Source: Prasinococcaceae sp. CCMP 1430
Lineage: Eukaryota; Plantae; Prasinodermophyta
Direction of reading: 5' to 3'
Length of the DNA: 32,916 nucleotides
Assembly: GCA_013416795.1 (NCBI GenBank)
Contig: RQSC01000023.1
Location: forward strand, 260,035 to 292,950
Each line of letters opens with the position of its first letter. Within the stretch, counting starts at the first letter, position 1. The notes under the pieces were generated by a model. The model had not been told where the DNA came from, ran no database searches, and saw only the letters and a program-made list of their open reading frames with translations. A program made the position numbers and the translations under genes. Positions 10,301 to 21,764 of this stretch are shown here, in pieces.

Positions 10301-13300
10301 GAGCGTCTTCTGCAGCGTGCCAGCCTCGGTGCTAGCCTCCTTCTTCGCGGCAGCGACAGCAGCGTCGATAGCCTTCTGCTTTTCCTCCACCGTGCACCCG
10401 GCAGCCTGGAGCGCCTCCAGGCGCTTCTCGACCTCGACCTTGGCATCAACGAGCTGCTTCGCCCGCGACTCGGCCTCGCTCTTGAATGCGTCATGGGCCG
10501 CCTGCACAGCCGCAATCGCTTCCTCGTTGGCTGCCGCGATCGCCTTGTACTGAGCGGCATGGTCGCGTGCCACGTCTGCCTCCTCGCGCGCGCTCGCCGC
10601 CTCGCCCGAGAGACGGGCGAGGCGTGCGAGCAGCCCGGCCTCGCGCTCGTCGCGTGGCTCGCCACCCTCGGACACAGCAGCGACGACAGCGGCCGTGCTA
10701 GCATCAGCGCCACCACCAGCAGCGGGCGCAGCGCTGCCCTTGGCCTGCACGAGAGTGAGGCGGGCCTCAGCACGGCCGAGCGCACGCTCGAGCTCGCTCG
10801 CGCGCGCGACCGCAGCGGCTGCTTCCGTGCGTGCAGACTCAAGAGACTTGGTCAGACGAGTGCGCTCGGCATCCGCGGCCTCGGCCTTGGCATGCACTTC
10901 GGCGGCTGCCGCCGATGCCTTCTCGGCGGCGCCCCGTGCGCGGTCGCGCTCGGCACCAAGGTCCCGCTGGGCATCCGCCCAGTCACTCCTGGCTCCCGCG
11001 AGCTCCTTGTTGAGGCGCTCGATCTCGCGTTTCGCCTCCAACTCCCGCATTTCGGCGCCCTTGGTCGTCGCCTCGAGGGCCGCCTCGAGCTGCCGGAGCT
11101 TCTCTGTAGCGGTGGCGAGCTCGCCAGAGAGGCGCTCCTCTGCCTTCTTGAGGAGCTCCTTTTCGGCCGCTGCCGCAGCTGTCGCCCGCTCGGCCTGCCT
11201 GCACTTGTCCTCTGCCGCGCCCTGCGCCAGGACGGCAGCGCGCAGCTGGCGTTGCGCATCGCTGATCTGGCCAGCGAGCTCGGCATTGCGAGCCATGAGC
11301 TGGCCGATCTCGCTTCGCTGTGCCTCCTGGGACTCGAGGGCGCGCGCCTGGCGAGAGCGCTCAAAGTCTGCCTCCGACTGCGCCCGCGCTCTCTCGGCAC
11401 GCGCCTTCGACGCCTCCTCGCGGTAGTTGTCCACCTCAGCGCGCAGCATGCGCGCGTTCTCGTCGGCTTCGGTCTTGTAATCAGTGAGCTTCTGGGCAGT
11501 TTCCTCGTACAAGCCGCGGAAGTCCGGCTCGCCAGCCACCAAGGAGGGCACGATCGTATCGGCATTGCCAGCCGACGCGGCAGCAATGCGCACCGTCGCC
11601 GCCGGCGCGATCGCCGCCGCGGCCGCAACAGTTGCCGCCGCCGCGGCAGTGCCAGCCGCGCCAGCACCACCGGCCTCCTGAAGGAGACGCAGGTATAGGT
11701 CGCGCTGCCTAACGATAGCCTCCACCGCCGACTCCTGGCGCTTGCGCGAAGCCTTCAGCCGCTCCAGCTCTGCCATCATGTCCGCCGCCTTGGCCTCGAA
11801 CTCCTTCTTGGCTTCGTCGCGCGCGCTGCTTGTTCCGGCCTCCGCCTCGGCAGAGAGTGAGCGGAGGCTCATGAGAAGTTTCGCGTTCTGCTCCTGGAGG
11901 TCTGCGACGTCCTTGAAAGACACGAGGCGCTCGCTGATAAGCGCGCCGGCTGAGCCCGGCTTGTCGCCGCTGGGCACAAGCGCACTGCTGTTGGTTGCTC
12001 CGGCTGGCGGGGCGAGCGCACCGCCCTTGAGGGCCTCAACCTCGACCAGCAGGACTGCCACCTGGTGCCCGAGGTCCTTCGCCTGCGCCTCGCGCGCGGC
12101 AAGCTCGCGTCTGGCATTGTTCGCCTCGCGCTCAGCGTCCATCGCGTTGTTCGCGTGGCGACGTGCCTCCGAGGCAGCGTCCTCAAGGCGTGCGAGCATC
12201 GCGGCGTGCGTCTCGAGCATGCTCTCATACTCCGCGCGCTGCTGCTGGATGGCGGGCGCCTTGCGCTCCAATTCGGCAAGGATGCTGTCGAGCGACTCCT
12301 GCAGCCGGCGGCTCTCAGCGCGCTCCCTCACGAGCTCATTCTCGAGACTCTCGCACCTCTCGAAAATGGATGTGAGACTCTTTCCGTCACGCATCATGCT
12401 CGCTGCAGCCGCTGCGGGTGACAGCGAAAGGATGTCGCGGGCGGCACCAGATACGGCGCCTCCCAGCGGCGTCGATGCGGCGGCCGTCGCGGCCTCGGCG
12501 CGCGCCTTCTCTGCCTCGGAGCGAGCGGCAGCCACCTCTTCCCGAGACATCTTGAGCGCGTCCTCTAGGCCCTGAATTTTGTCGCCCGAGTCCTTGGCGG
12601 TCTTCTCGACGACCTCCTTCAGCGAGGCAACGATGCCCTCCAGCTCGGCGTTCTTCGACAGAATGTCATCGCTCTTGGACTTGTACAGTTCGTTCAGGCG
12701 GCGGGAGGTCGCCAGTTCGCGCTCGTAGTGCTCCTCAACCGATGCAGCTTGGTCACCGAGCTCCTTGTTCTTCGCATGCAGATCCTTCTCGGCAGCCTCG
12801 AAGGCAGCGATGCGGGCATTGGCTGCGGCGTACTGAGCCTCGAGCGTCTCCACCTTGCCCTGCGCTGCCGAAAGCTCGCTCTCCGTGTCGGTGCGCGCGG
12901 CGGCCGCAGCCTTCTTTTCGGCAAGCAGTGCGTCGCTCTTGACGGCCAGCTCATTGCTGAGCCACTCGTTGTGCTTGTCGGCGAGCTCCTTCTCCTGCTG
13001 CATGCGGGCAACGCGCGCCGATAGCCGCGCCATTTCGCTGCCCGCGTCACGTGCCTTGGCCTCCGCCGCAGCGCGCTCCTCTGTCAGCTTCACGACGCGG
13101 TCGAGGTACTCCCTGACAAGCGCGTCCTTCTCCGCCAGCTCAGTAGCCTTGAGTTCCGCGCGATCGAGCTGCGACTGCTTCGCGGCGCGCAGCTCGCTCA
13201 TCTCGGCCGCATTGCGCTCGAGGGCGGCATCCTTCTCGACCTATGAAGTGTGGGCGGACGCAGGCAATGTCGCACAAGGCACGTGCGCGCACGTGGCCGC

Positions 13301-13907
13301 GGGGCGAGGATCGGCGATGATGCGTCAGCTCGAATCACTCACGATCGACTGCGGCTTGAGGCAGCCAGGGGCAAGCGCCATACGCGCGCGCGCCCGTGCG
13401 CGTGGCGGAGAGCGCAGCACGCAGTGCGGGCGGAACCAGGGGGAAAAGGGTTCCGCCGGCGGCTGTGCGGCGCGCGCGAGCGCGCACGCACCAGCTGCAG
13501 CTTGGCGGCATTGTTCTGCGCCTTCACCTCCGCCAGCGCCTTGGCCTCGGCAGCGAGTGCCTGGCCCATGCGCGCCTTCTCTGCCTCGACCTCGGCGTGC
13601 TCGTTGCCGAGGGCCTTCGCTCGGGCGATCGGGGCGTGTCGTTGGCGTCCAGATCGCGCGCAGGTGCGTCAGCGCACGTGCCGGCATGGGAGCAGCGCCG
13701 CGCGGCTGCGGGGCGGGCGGGGCAGCGCGAGGGGGCAGGCAGCCACGCGGGGCGAGATGATCGGGGGGTTGCGGCGAGGCGCGGGCGCCTCCGCGGCTCA
13801 CCTGGTACTTGGCCTCGAGCTCCTCGCACGTCGCCTCGAGCGCGAGCTCGGCGGCGTGTGCGCGCGCCCTCTCGGCCTCGACGTCGCGCCGCTGCTTGGC
13901 GAGCGCC
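7328..13907 (-). CDS. NUA: Nuclear pore anchor / TPR (Mlp1) nuclear basket protein; exons ~13907-13802, 13614-13492, 13240-7328; start not visible
   Basis: About 2000-aa coiled coil with TPR/NUA motifs (QEKEL..HNEWL, ELERKAPAI, LVSFKDVADLQEQN, AQTAYEREVMAHGED, VVAFLRREKE, LNLLRESNTTLR) and an acidic C-tail. Phase-0 introns 13615-13801 and 13241-13491 carry GCTGAC branch sites. Confidence 0.9.
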
Positions 13908-14314
13908 GAAAAAAAAAAAACCACGCGATGCGAAAACGACGAGTGCAAAGAAGGACCGAGTGCGAAACGAAGAAGCGCAGAAGCAGACGGCCAAAAAAAA
14001 AAAGGAGAACAGCCCTCCGCGAGAAGAGCCCCTCCCTGAGCAAAAAAAAATGCGCGGAGGATGGGAGTTCGAGGCGTGTTTTCAATATTGGCGACATTCA
14101 ATGCCATCAATTTTGTTCTCCGTACTATTTTCCCTTTTTTTGTGCTGTGCGGGTGCGGGTGCGGGTGCGGCGCGGCGCCACAGTGCGCGTGCGGGGCGCT
14201 GGGGGGGGGGCACGGGCCCAGAGTGGGGGAGGGAGGCGGGGCGTGGGCCGCAGCTCTTGCGGCCGTGGTGGCCGCGGTGGGCGAGGGCGAGGATCGGATC
14301 AGTAGGCCGAAGGG

Positions 14315-16209
14315 ATGGCCCGGCCGATGGTACGTGGCGATCGCGGACGCGCGGCGATCGCGGCGCGCGGGTGCTGGCAGGTTGCGACGGGCGCGCGCGG
14401 CCACCGCGCCTGCTGCGCGGCGGCCGGCGCTGACGTGCGGGGGCTGCGCGGCGCGGTGCCGCAGGGTGCGCGCTCGTCGGAGTGGTGGCTCGTGTCGGTG
14501 CCCCTCACCCGCGGTAATGCCCAATCCACTTGGGCGATGCTGCGCGACAAGACCGAGGGCGAGGTCGAGCTCGCCACTTCATACAGGTTCAACGTGCCTG
14601 AGCTTCGCGTCGGCACGCTCGACTCGCTGCTCGCGCTCTCGGATGACCTCGTCAAGGTGCGCAGTTGGCACCACGTGGGGGTAGGCTGGGTCGGGGGAGA
14701 CGAATCCTTTGCACGCGTTTGCTCGCACGTGCAGGCTTGGGGCAGCGCCGCGCCGCCCTGGCCCTCGAACGCACGCGCATCGTGTGCGCCACAGTTTCTT
14801 GCGCATCGCTGTGCTGCGAGCCCCTCTTTTCCGGCGCGGCGAGCCTTCGGTAGGCGCTGGCGTTCTGGTGCTGTGCAGGCACGCTAACATGGATGCCCGC
14901 GCCCTCGCGGCGTGCGCACCCGTATCACAGATCAACACATTCGCCGAGAACGTCACCAACATGATCGCGCGCCAGCTGCAGGACCTCACAGGTGCGTGGT
15001 GCTGTTGATGGTCCCTGGGCCCATGTGTGTCGTTGCTATCGCTCGCCGGCTGTTCGGCGGACCGCCCATGCCCATTCGCGAATCTAATCTTGGCTGTGCA
15101 GCGAGGGCGGCCCGTGCATGATTGGGAACTCGGAGTGATGCCGAAATCGTGCTGACGCCGCTGCGGCGCCGCGCTCTGGTGCGCCTCCCATGAAGATGGC
15201 GAGCCGCTGAGCATCGAAGGCATGCCGGTTGAGAGTGCGCTGACGCGCTTCGTCTGGGACGAGGTGTGTATGTGTGTGTGCTCGCGTGCGCGCGCGCGTT
15301 TATTAGTCTTCGCATGTGTATGTGCGCGTGTGTTGGTGCATATGCGTGTGCGTGCGTCCGTGCGCCCGACGCTGACCCTCCGCGTGACAGGCCAAGTATC
15401 CCGTGAAGAGCCACCTGCGCGAGACTGTCGACAAGATCTCGACGCACATCAGTAAGATGGAAGACGCGCTCAAGTCTCGCACGGCGGACTACAACTCGCT
15501 CAAGGGTCAGCTATCGCAGCTGTCCCGCAAGGCGCAGGGAAGCCTGCTCGTGCGCGACCTGGGGACAATTGTCAAGGAGTCGGACGTGGTCGAAAGCGAG
15601 AATCTGACCACCCTCATGGTGGTGGTGGGAAAGTACAGCCAGAAGGACTGGCTGGACGCATACGAGACGCTCTCGCAGTTCGTGGTGCCGCGCTCAAGCA
15701 AGTGTGTGGCAGAGGAGGGCGACTACGCTCTGTACACTGTGGTCGTCTTCCGCCGCGTTGCTGACGACTTCCGCACGAACGCAAGATCGAAGGGTTTCCA
15801 GGTTCGCGACTACAGCTACGACCCGGAGGCGCGCGCCGCACGCGCCACCCAGGAGGGCGAGATCCGCGACGGCTTGGCTACGAAGCAGTCGGCCCTGCTC
15901 GCGTGGTGCCGCGCCAGCTACGTGGAGGCATTCACCTCGTGGGTGCACCTCTCGGCTGTGCGGGTCTTCACGGAGAGCATAATGAGGTTCGGCCTGCCGC
16001 CGCAGTTCCTCGCTACGCTCATCCGCCCGCAGCCGAAGTGCGAGAAGAAGCTGCGCACCACGCTGTCGGGGCTCTTCGCCGGAAAGGACGCTCATCACTG
16101 GCAGGAGACGGAGGATACCACCGCCGCGTCAATGGGCGTGGGGGCGCTCAGCGCGGACGACATGCACCCGTACGTGAGCCTCACACTCACCCTGGCTGGC
16201 ACGAGCTAG
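14315..16209 (+). CDS. VHA-C: V-type H+-ATPase subunit C; exons 14315-14329, 14465-14656, 14931-14991, 15196-15263, 15391-16209
   Basis: WWLVSVP, FNVPELRVGTLDSLLALSDDLVK, TRFVWDEAKYP, GSLLVRDL, FVVPRSS and VRVFTESIMRFGLPP. Four GT-AG introns keep the frame; the start could be 14327. Confidence 0.93.
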
Positions 16210-16393
16210 GCCAAGACGTTGAAGGTCGTGCAGCGCCGCGGCTCGGCGCACACGCCACGCACCCGTGCTGGCACTCGCGCGCAGGGCGCGCACGCCGGCG
16301 AGCGGCGCACGTGCCCCATGCTCGCCGGAATGGAGCCGCACGCGACTATTAATATATATATAATTTTGTGGGTGACCGAGCGCGCCCGCGGCA

Positions 16394-17692
16394 TCATGCC
16401 AGCGGGAGGTCGGGCTGGCCGTTCTCGCTCAGGAATTTGTCGCCATCGCGCAGGAGCTTCGTGCTCTTCTCAGCGAGGGGGAACCCCTCCTTCCCTGCGC
16501 GCAGGAAGTCGAAGCACGCGGAGAACTCCTGCGGCGTGATGTCAATGGGCGCGGTGTAGTGCGCGGGGATGACTCGCTCGAAGGGATAGCGATCGACGAT
16601 GCGATCGACCCAGCCCACCACCGCCGCAGGGTTCTTGCTGTAGACGAGATAGCGCAAAATGGGAGCGACGAACGCCGTGTCGCTGATGGCCGCAAAGTCG
16701 TCCAGGTAGCCATCCGACCACTCGAGCTCGAAGGCGTTGCCAGTGCTGCCAGGCTTTGACTTGTCTGGCTGAAAGAACTGCACCAAGAGCGACATCTTCG
16801 CCCAGCCCTTTCTCCGGTTGAGCTCGGTGTCGGGCGCGGGGCTTGCGTCGACGCCAGGCACGTCGGGCGCCAGCGTGAGCAGCAGCTCAGGCCTGATGAT
16901 GTCTGGGGCGTCACCGGGGACCTTCTCGATGGCGTCGGTTATGATGAGAGACTTTGATACCTTGTCGTACAGGGCGGCCTCGACGATGGGCACGGCGCCA
17001 GCCTCCGGATTGTCGTACGCGAGCACTGCACAGTCGAGATCGTCGGCCCAGGGCGCGCGCGAGCCGTCCTCCAGTCGGTCGCCCTCGCCCAGCACGCCGT
17101 CGACTGGCACACCGAGCAGCGAGAGCGGCAGATCGATCGGGATGGTCTTCTTCTTTGGGGTGACGTACACCTGCGCGGAGGGGTAGCGCTTGTGCGCGTC
17201 GCTCATGAACGTGAAGTGCTCGATGGCGTACGTCCCGCAGACAATGTACTTGACCTCGCCGCCAATGGCATCGACCTGGCCGAAGAACTCTTTCGTCGGG
17301 GCAACGGGGTTGTATAGCAGCACGGCGCCATCCGAGAGTCTGACCGCCACCGAGCGGATGGTGCAGCTCGTAGGTCCGATGGTTTGTTCCTGCTCGAAGC
17401 TCCAGATGCGCTCTGGGACGAGCTCCGTGGCGATGGTTGCGCGAGAGCCGACGCCGAAGTAAGGCTCGTAGAACGGCGGAAACGCGGAGAAGAACTCGCG
17501 GTCCTTGGCGTCGGCGATCGGCGGGAAGTCGCCGGGCGCAGCGAGAGCACGCGCGGGCGAGAGCGCCGCCGCTGCCGCGAGTGCTGCGGAAAGCACCCCG
17601 CGGCGGCCGCGCGCACTGCCCTCGGCGCGCACCGCGCCCGCCCCCTCCTGCTCACGAGCGTCTGCTCCGCCTGCGTCGCCTGCTGGGGCGGC
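16394..17692 (-). CDS. DUF4336-family protein with a twin-arginine thylakoid-type signal; start in gap 17693-17733
   Basis: TIATELVPERIWSFEQ, IRSVAVRLSDG.VLLYNPVAPT, IEH, LIITDA and VIPAHY.API match DUF4336. RRGVLSAALAAAAALSPARALA looks like a Tat signal. Confidence 0.75.
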   Translation of the reverse strand, partial: AAPAGDAGGADAREQEGAGAVRAEGSARGRRGVLSAALAAAAALSPARALAAPGDFPPIADAKDREFFSAFPPFYEPYFGVGSRATIATELVPERIWSFEQEQTIGPTSCTIRSVAVRLSDGAVLLYNPVAPTKEFFGQVDAIGGEVKYIVCGTYAIEHFTFMSDAHKRYPSAQVYVTPKKKTIPIDLPLSLLGVPVDGVLGEGDRLEDGSRAPWADDLDCAVLAYDNPEAGAVPIVEAALYDKVSKSLIITDAIEKVPGDAPDIIRPELLLTLAPDVPGVDASPAPDTELNRRKGWAKMSLLVQFFQPDKSKPGSTGNAFELEWSDGYLDDFAAISDTAFVAPILRYLVYSKNPAAVVGWVDRIVDRYPFERVIPAHYTAPIDITPQEFSACFDFLRAGKEGFPLAEKSTKLLRDGDKFLSENGQPDLPLA

Positions 17693-17733
17693 NNNNNNNN
17701 NNNNNNNNNNNNNNNNNNNNNNNNNNNNNNNNN

Positions 17734-17770
<37 letters not shown>

Positions 17771-19052
17771 GGGCGAGCGCCGCCAGTACGAGGGCCAGGA
17801 CCAGGATCCAGGCGGCAAGCGCCCAGTAGGGGCCGGCCCAGCGGCGCCACTCGAATGGCGGCGTGAGGCGGCCGCTCAGGCTAGCCGGCCTAGCCCCCAT
17901 CATGCCTCCCGCGCTCGCCTGCACCATCACAGAGCGGCGCGACGCGGCGCCTGCCAGTGCTGCCGTGCTGCGCTCGCCCCCTTTCCGAACGAGCGCGCCG
18001 GCGTGGGCGGCTTCGCGCAGGCGCGCGGCCTCCTCGTCGGCCTCGCGGGTCGGGTCGATCAGCGGGTCGCGTGGCGTGCCGCGGCGGTCACGTTGGCGGC
18101 GAACAATGTCGACGATCATCTGCTCTCGCTCGGGACTGCCGGGAGAAGTGCCGTTGAGCATCGCGAATGCGTCGTTGTCAGTCTGGGAGCCATTCAAGGG
18201 CGCGCCCTTGTATTGCCAAAATGGTGCTACCGAGATCTGGGTCTCGTTGCGTGTCTGCTGCCAGTCGACAGGCGTGTAGTGGATGTAAGCGTTCGCGTGC
18301 CACGACCCGTTGAGCTTTGTGCCCCGGCAGTGTACCAGCTTTGCGCTTTCGTAGTGAAGCATCTCTCCAGCGGCGAGGTTGACGGCTTGGAACCTACCGA
18401 AGTGGTCTTTGATCTCGATGGGCCATGGCTCAAGTATGTCATCCGCAATGTGTATGACGGAGCTCACGACGTGCGTCTCTACTCTGTCGAGGTGGCAGGC
18501 CAGCGTGCAGCCGTCGTGGTACACCCTCACGCCGTAGAAGGCAGCATACTTGAGTTTGCAGTTGCACCACTGTTCGTGGATGGGCTGGAGCGCTTCGGCG
18601 ATCTCGTGCCTAAACCACTTGGGCATGTCGAGGAGGCTCGGATACACCAGCTCGCCGCTGTCGGACATGCCGCACGCAATGATGCTTGTATTTTTCTCGG
18701 AAGCCTTTTCTCGATGCACTTTGCCCCTCTCCATGCCGTCATGCAAGAACTTGTACAGCTTGCGTGCGACATCCCGCGGCAGCTCTTCGACCTGCACCCC
18801 TTTCTTAGTCATGTTGGGCGTCAGGAGTTCTTGGCTGAACCGCACCCACGCGTTGTATCTCTTGTGCATGTCAGTCATCGCCAACAAGTCGGCCTCCTTG
18901 CGCGCGATATCGCGGGGATCGTGGTAGTTGTACGGAGAGTCGAAAGGCCATTCGTCGCCATAGCGCTCGTGGTAGGTGCGCGAGCGTTCCACCTCAGTCA
19001 TTCGCTGCGCGACTGCCAACACACACAGCGACAGCCCCGCCGCTACTAGCAT
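17734..19052 (-). CDS. Membrane-anchored 2OG-Fe(II) oxygenase-like protein, copy B; stop lies in the gap
   Basis: Collinear paralog of 5561-7093 (EWPFD.P.NY.DPR, CHLDR.ETHVVSS, YESAKLVHCRG, PGSPEREQMIVD). Signal peptide from ATG 19052; TM helix YWALAAWILVLALVLAALA; no intron. Confidence 0.8.
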
Positions 19053-19682
19053 GGCTTTTGCCGCCTGCAGCGCCGCATCCCGCGCGAAGAGCAAGGGGCG
19101 CGCGCGCGCGCGTGGCAACGCCCCCGGGCCACGCGTCATGGAAGCGCAGCCAGCTCTAGGGCAGATCGACTAGCGGCGAGGCCGCGTCGTGCTCCTGCTG
19201 TGTCTGCAGACTGGCGTCACCAGCCTGGGTGGCGCGCTGGCGCCCGGCGGCTCGCCCCTCCTCCCCTTCCCTTTCAGGCAGCAGATCCGCGCGCGCAATG
19301 GCACGCGCGTCGGCCAGGGTATGGATGCAGCCGTGGGCGCGCAGAGCGCCGCGCACAGTGGCGCGATGCCCCGCCCCGCCCCGCCCCGCCCCGCGCCGCG
19401 CCACGCCACGCCGCGCTGCGGCAGCGCTGAACGGCGCTCAGGTGCTTGCGAACTCGCGCCGCGCACGAAAGCAAAAACAAGGCGGGTCACTTATGACATC
19501 TGCAGTCAAGTCACAATTACCCACGGGCTACAATCACACATCACACGCAGGTGAATGAAGCGGAGGCGGTGTGCCCATCGCCGTGGCGCGGAGCGAGCGG
19601 CGCCCGCTGGTGCCGCCACACGGGTGGCGCGCGCCGCGCAGCACGGCTCAGCCCGCCCATCGTCGCGCTCGCGTCGCGGGCG

Positions 19683-20149
19683 ATGTCGGCGTGCGCCCTC
19701 TCCCGCTCGGCCTCGCTCCCAGCAGCGCGCTCTAGTGCTCGGGCGCAGCCGCGGGCGCGGGCGCGGGCGGCCTGCTCGCGGCGCCGGGCGACCCGAGCCT
19801 GGTGCTTTTGACCTCTGTGACCATGGAGAAGGAGGCAAAGCGGGAGTTCATGCGCGCGGCGACCGTGCTCATCGCAGAGTCGCTCGGCAAGCCGCAGAGC
19901 TACGTCGCTGTAGCGGTGCAGGACGGCGCGGACGTCATGTGGGCCGGCGAGGAGTGCGCGTGTGCCCTGGGCAACTTGTACTCGCTCGGTGCCATCGGCC
20001 TTGAGAGCAATGAGAAGGTGAGCGCCGGGCTGTGCGAGCTCCTAGGCGAGTTCGGCGTGCCGGCAGACCGCTACTACATCAACTTCTGGGACATTGGTCC
20101 CAGGGAGAACTGCGGCTACAACGGCAAGACGTTCGGTAGCAGTGCGTAA
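19683..20149 (+). CDS. MIF/tautomerase-family protein with a probable transit peptide; apparent frameshift near 19750-19770
   Basis: PSLVLLTSV, LGKPQSYVAV, SLGAIG, RYYINFWD and NCGYNGKTF match the MIF family. The MIF frame has a stop at 19733; ATG 19683 encodes a Ser/Ala/Arg-rich transit-like peptide in another frame. Confidence 0.82.
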
Positions 20150-21232
20150 GGCTGCGGCTGTGGGAGGTCACGCAAATCACGCGCGCGCCGCTGAAGCGCG
20201 CGGCGGCGGCGCGTGCTGCGCCGGGGGGGCTGCGATGAGGGCCGGCAGCCGGGCTCGGGGCGCGCGCCCGACGGCGACGTGCTGGACGGCGCGGGGGCAC
20301 ACTCGGCGCAGCCCGCGCGTGCCGTCAGACGCCCCGTCCCCGCCCGAAACCCCCCATGTCAAAATGCACGCTTGCGTCCGAATCATGGTCAAAACGCATG
20401 CGAGCTCGCGCGTGGCGGGAACGCCCGGGGCGCGTTGTTACCCCGCCGCCCCAGAAAATAGGACCGCGGGACGAATTCGTGCGCGGGGGATTGGCGCGCA
20501 TTGGGGAAACGCGGAAGAAAATGCACGCGAAATGCAGTTCCGTTCCATTCCGTTCTGCGACGCGGCCTTCGATGGTGCGGGGGCGCGCCGCGCGCGCCAC
20601 CCCGGCCCGCGCCGCGCGCGCTGTATGCCTCCTCCGCCGCAGCGGCGGTGCCCCCCAAAAACAACAGCCCGCCCAGCGAACCAAAAAAAAACGGAATTCG
20701 TTTCTACATCATATTTTCCATGAAAGACCGCGAGCGAGCACCGCTCTGCAATCGTTGCATTTTCTTGCAGGCATTGTTGCGTCGCTGCTGGGAGGAGCGT
20801 GGCTCCGAGGAGGGGTGGGGATGCGGCCGGTGGGCGCGAAAATCCATGCTTCATCTGCGGGCACTTCCACAGGTGCGTGTGCACACCTCCGACTCTGAGG
20901 CGCTGCCGACGCCATGATAGAGCATATCGCCATGCGCGCCCGCCGCCCCGCGCGCCGAGACCCACCTCCGCCCCGCCGCTTCTCGCGAGCACCGACCAGT
21001 CGTTTCCCTCCTCCTGCCAACGCGCGCGCTCGAGCTCGCTCGCTCTCGTGCGCGCGCTCGGCCTTTTCCGCGGCTCCCTCTGCCTGCCTCCCTGCTCCTC
21101 GCGCTCTCTCGACCGCCGTCGGCGCGTGGGCGCGCCTATTTTCTCGCGCGCGGCGGCGCCAGGCCCGCGGCTGGACGCGGGGGAACCAAGAGAAGCGGTG
21201 GGAGCGCTTCGGCGAAGCGCAGGCCCGCCGCC

Positions 21233-21565
21233 ATGTCGACCACCAAGGCTCCCAACATGCAAGAGCAGCTGCGCCAGCGCAAGGTTACGGAGACGCCCGA
21301 CGCCAAGGCTGCGGCGAAGCAGCATAGGCGCGCGCCGCCATCGACCGGTCGCGGCCAGGTCAAGCTGCAGCCGCGCGACTCGGCGGCAACCGAGGCCATG
21401 CTGCGCGAGTTCGACTTGAACTCCGAGTACGGGCCGTGCGCGGGCATGACGCGCCTGGAGCGCTGGGACCGCGCCCAGAAGTGGGGGCTCTCGCCGCCGC
21501 AGAACGTGCGCGATGCGCTGCTGGCCGGCGCCAAGGGCGAGTGCATATGGGAGGGCCGCTTGTAG
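21233..21565 (+). CDS. POLD4: DNA polymerase delta subunit 4 (p12)
   Basis: LREFDLNSEYGPCAGMTRLERWDRAQKWGLSPPQNV...CIW is the p12 signature. Confidence 0.92.
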   Translation: MSTTKAPNMQEQLRQRKVTETPDAKAAAKQHRRAPPSTGRGQVKLQPRDSAATEAMLREFDLNSEYGPCAGMTRLERWDRAQKWGLSPPQNVRDALLAGAKGECIWEGRL

Positions 21566-21635
21566 CTCGCCCCACAGCGTTCGCGCAGCCCCGCACGAGC
21601 GGGCGCATTCCCGAGCGCGGGGTCTGCGCGCCCAT

Positions 21636-21640
21636 TGTAA
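21636..21640 (+). promoter_or_regulatory. TGTAA polyadenylation signal of POLD4
   Basis: TGTAA about 70 nt after the stop; the known green-algal poly(A) element. Confidence 0.6.
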
Positions 21641-21764
21641 CAAAGTGTCATCTCTTACGGGGCATCGCGCTCGTAGACGCTGCCAAATACACACTGTCTA
21701 CAGTACACACATTGGTTGATGAATCGATGTGCACGAATACATCTTGCGCCGTACCAGCTGGCAC

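Noticed and set aside
7509-12575. Long + strand ORFs antisense to NUA, and similar shadows over SPS, LHCSR, CTSZ and GET3
   Set aside because: Stop-poor shadow frames expected at this GC content; Ser/Ala/Arg-rich with no family motifs.
16394-19139. Apparent overlap or fusion of DUF4336 with oxygenase copy B
   Set aside because: The ORFs read through N gap 17693-17733, which must hide a stop, intergenic DNA and a start.
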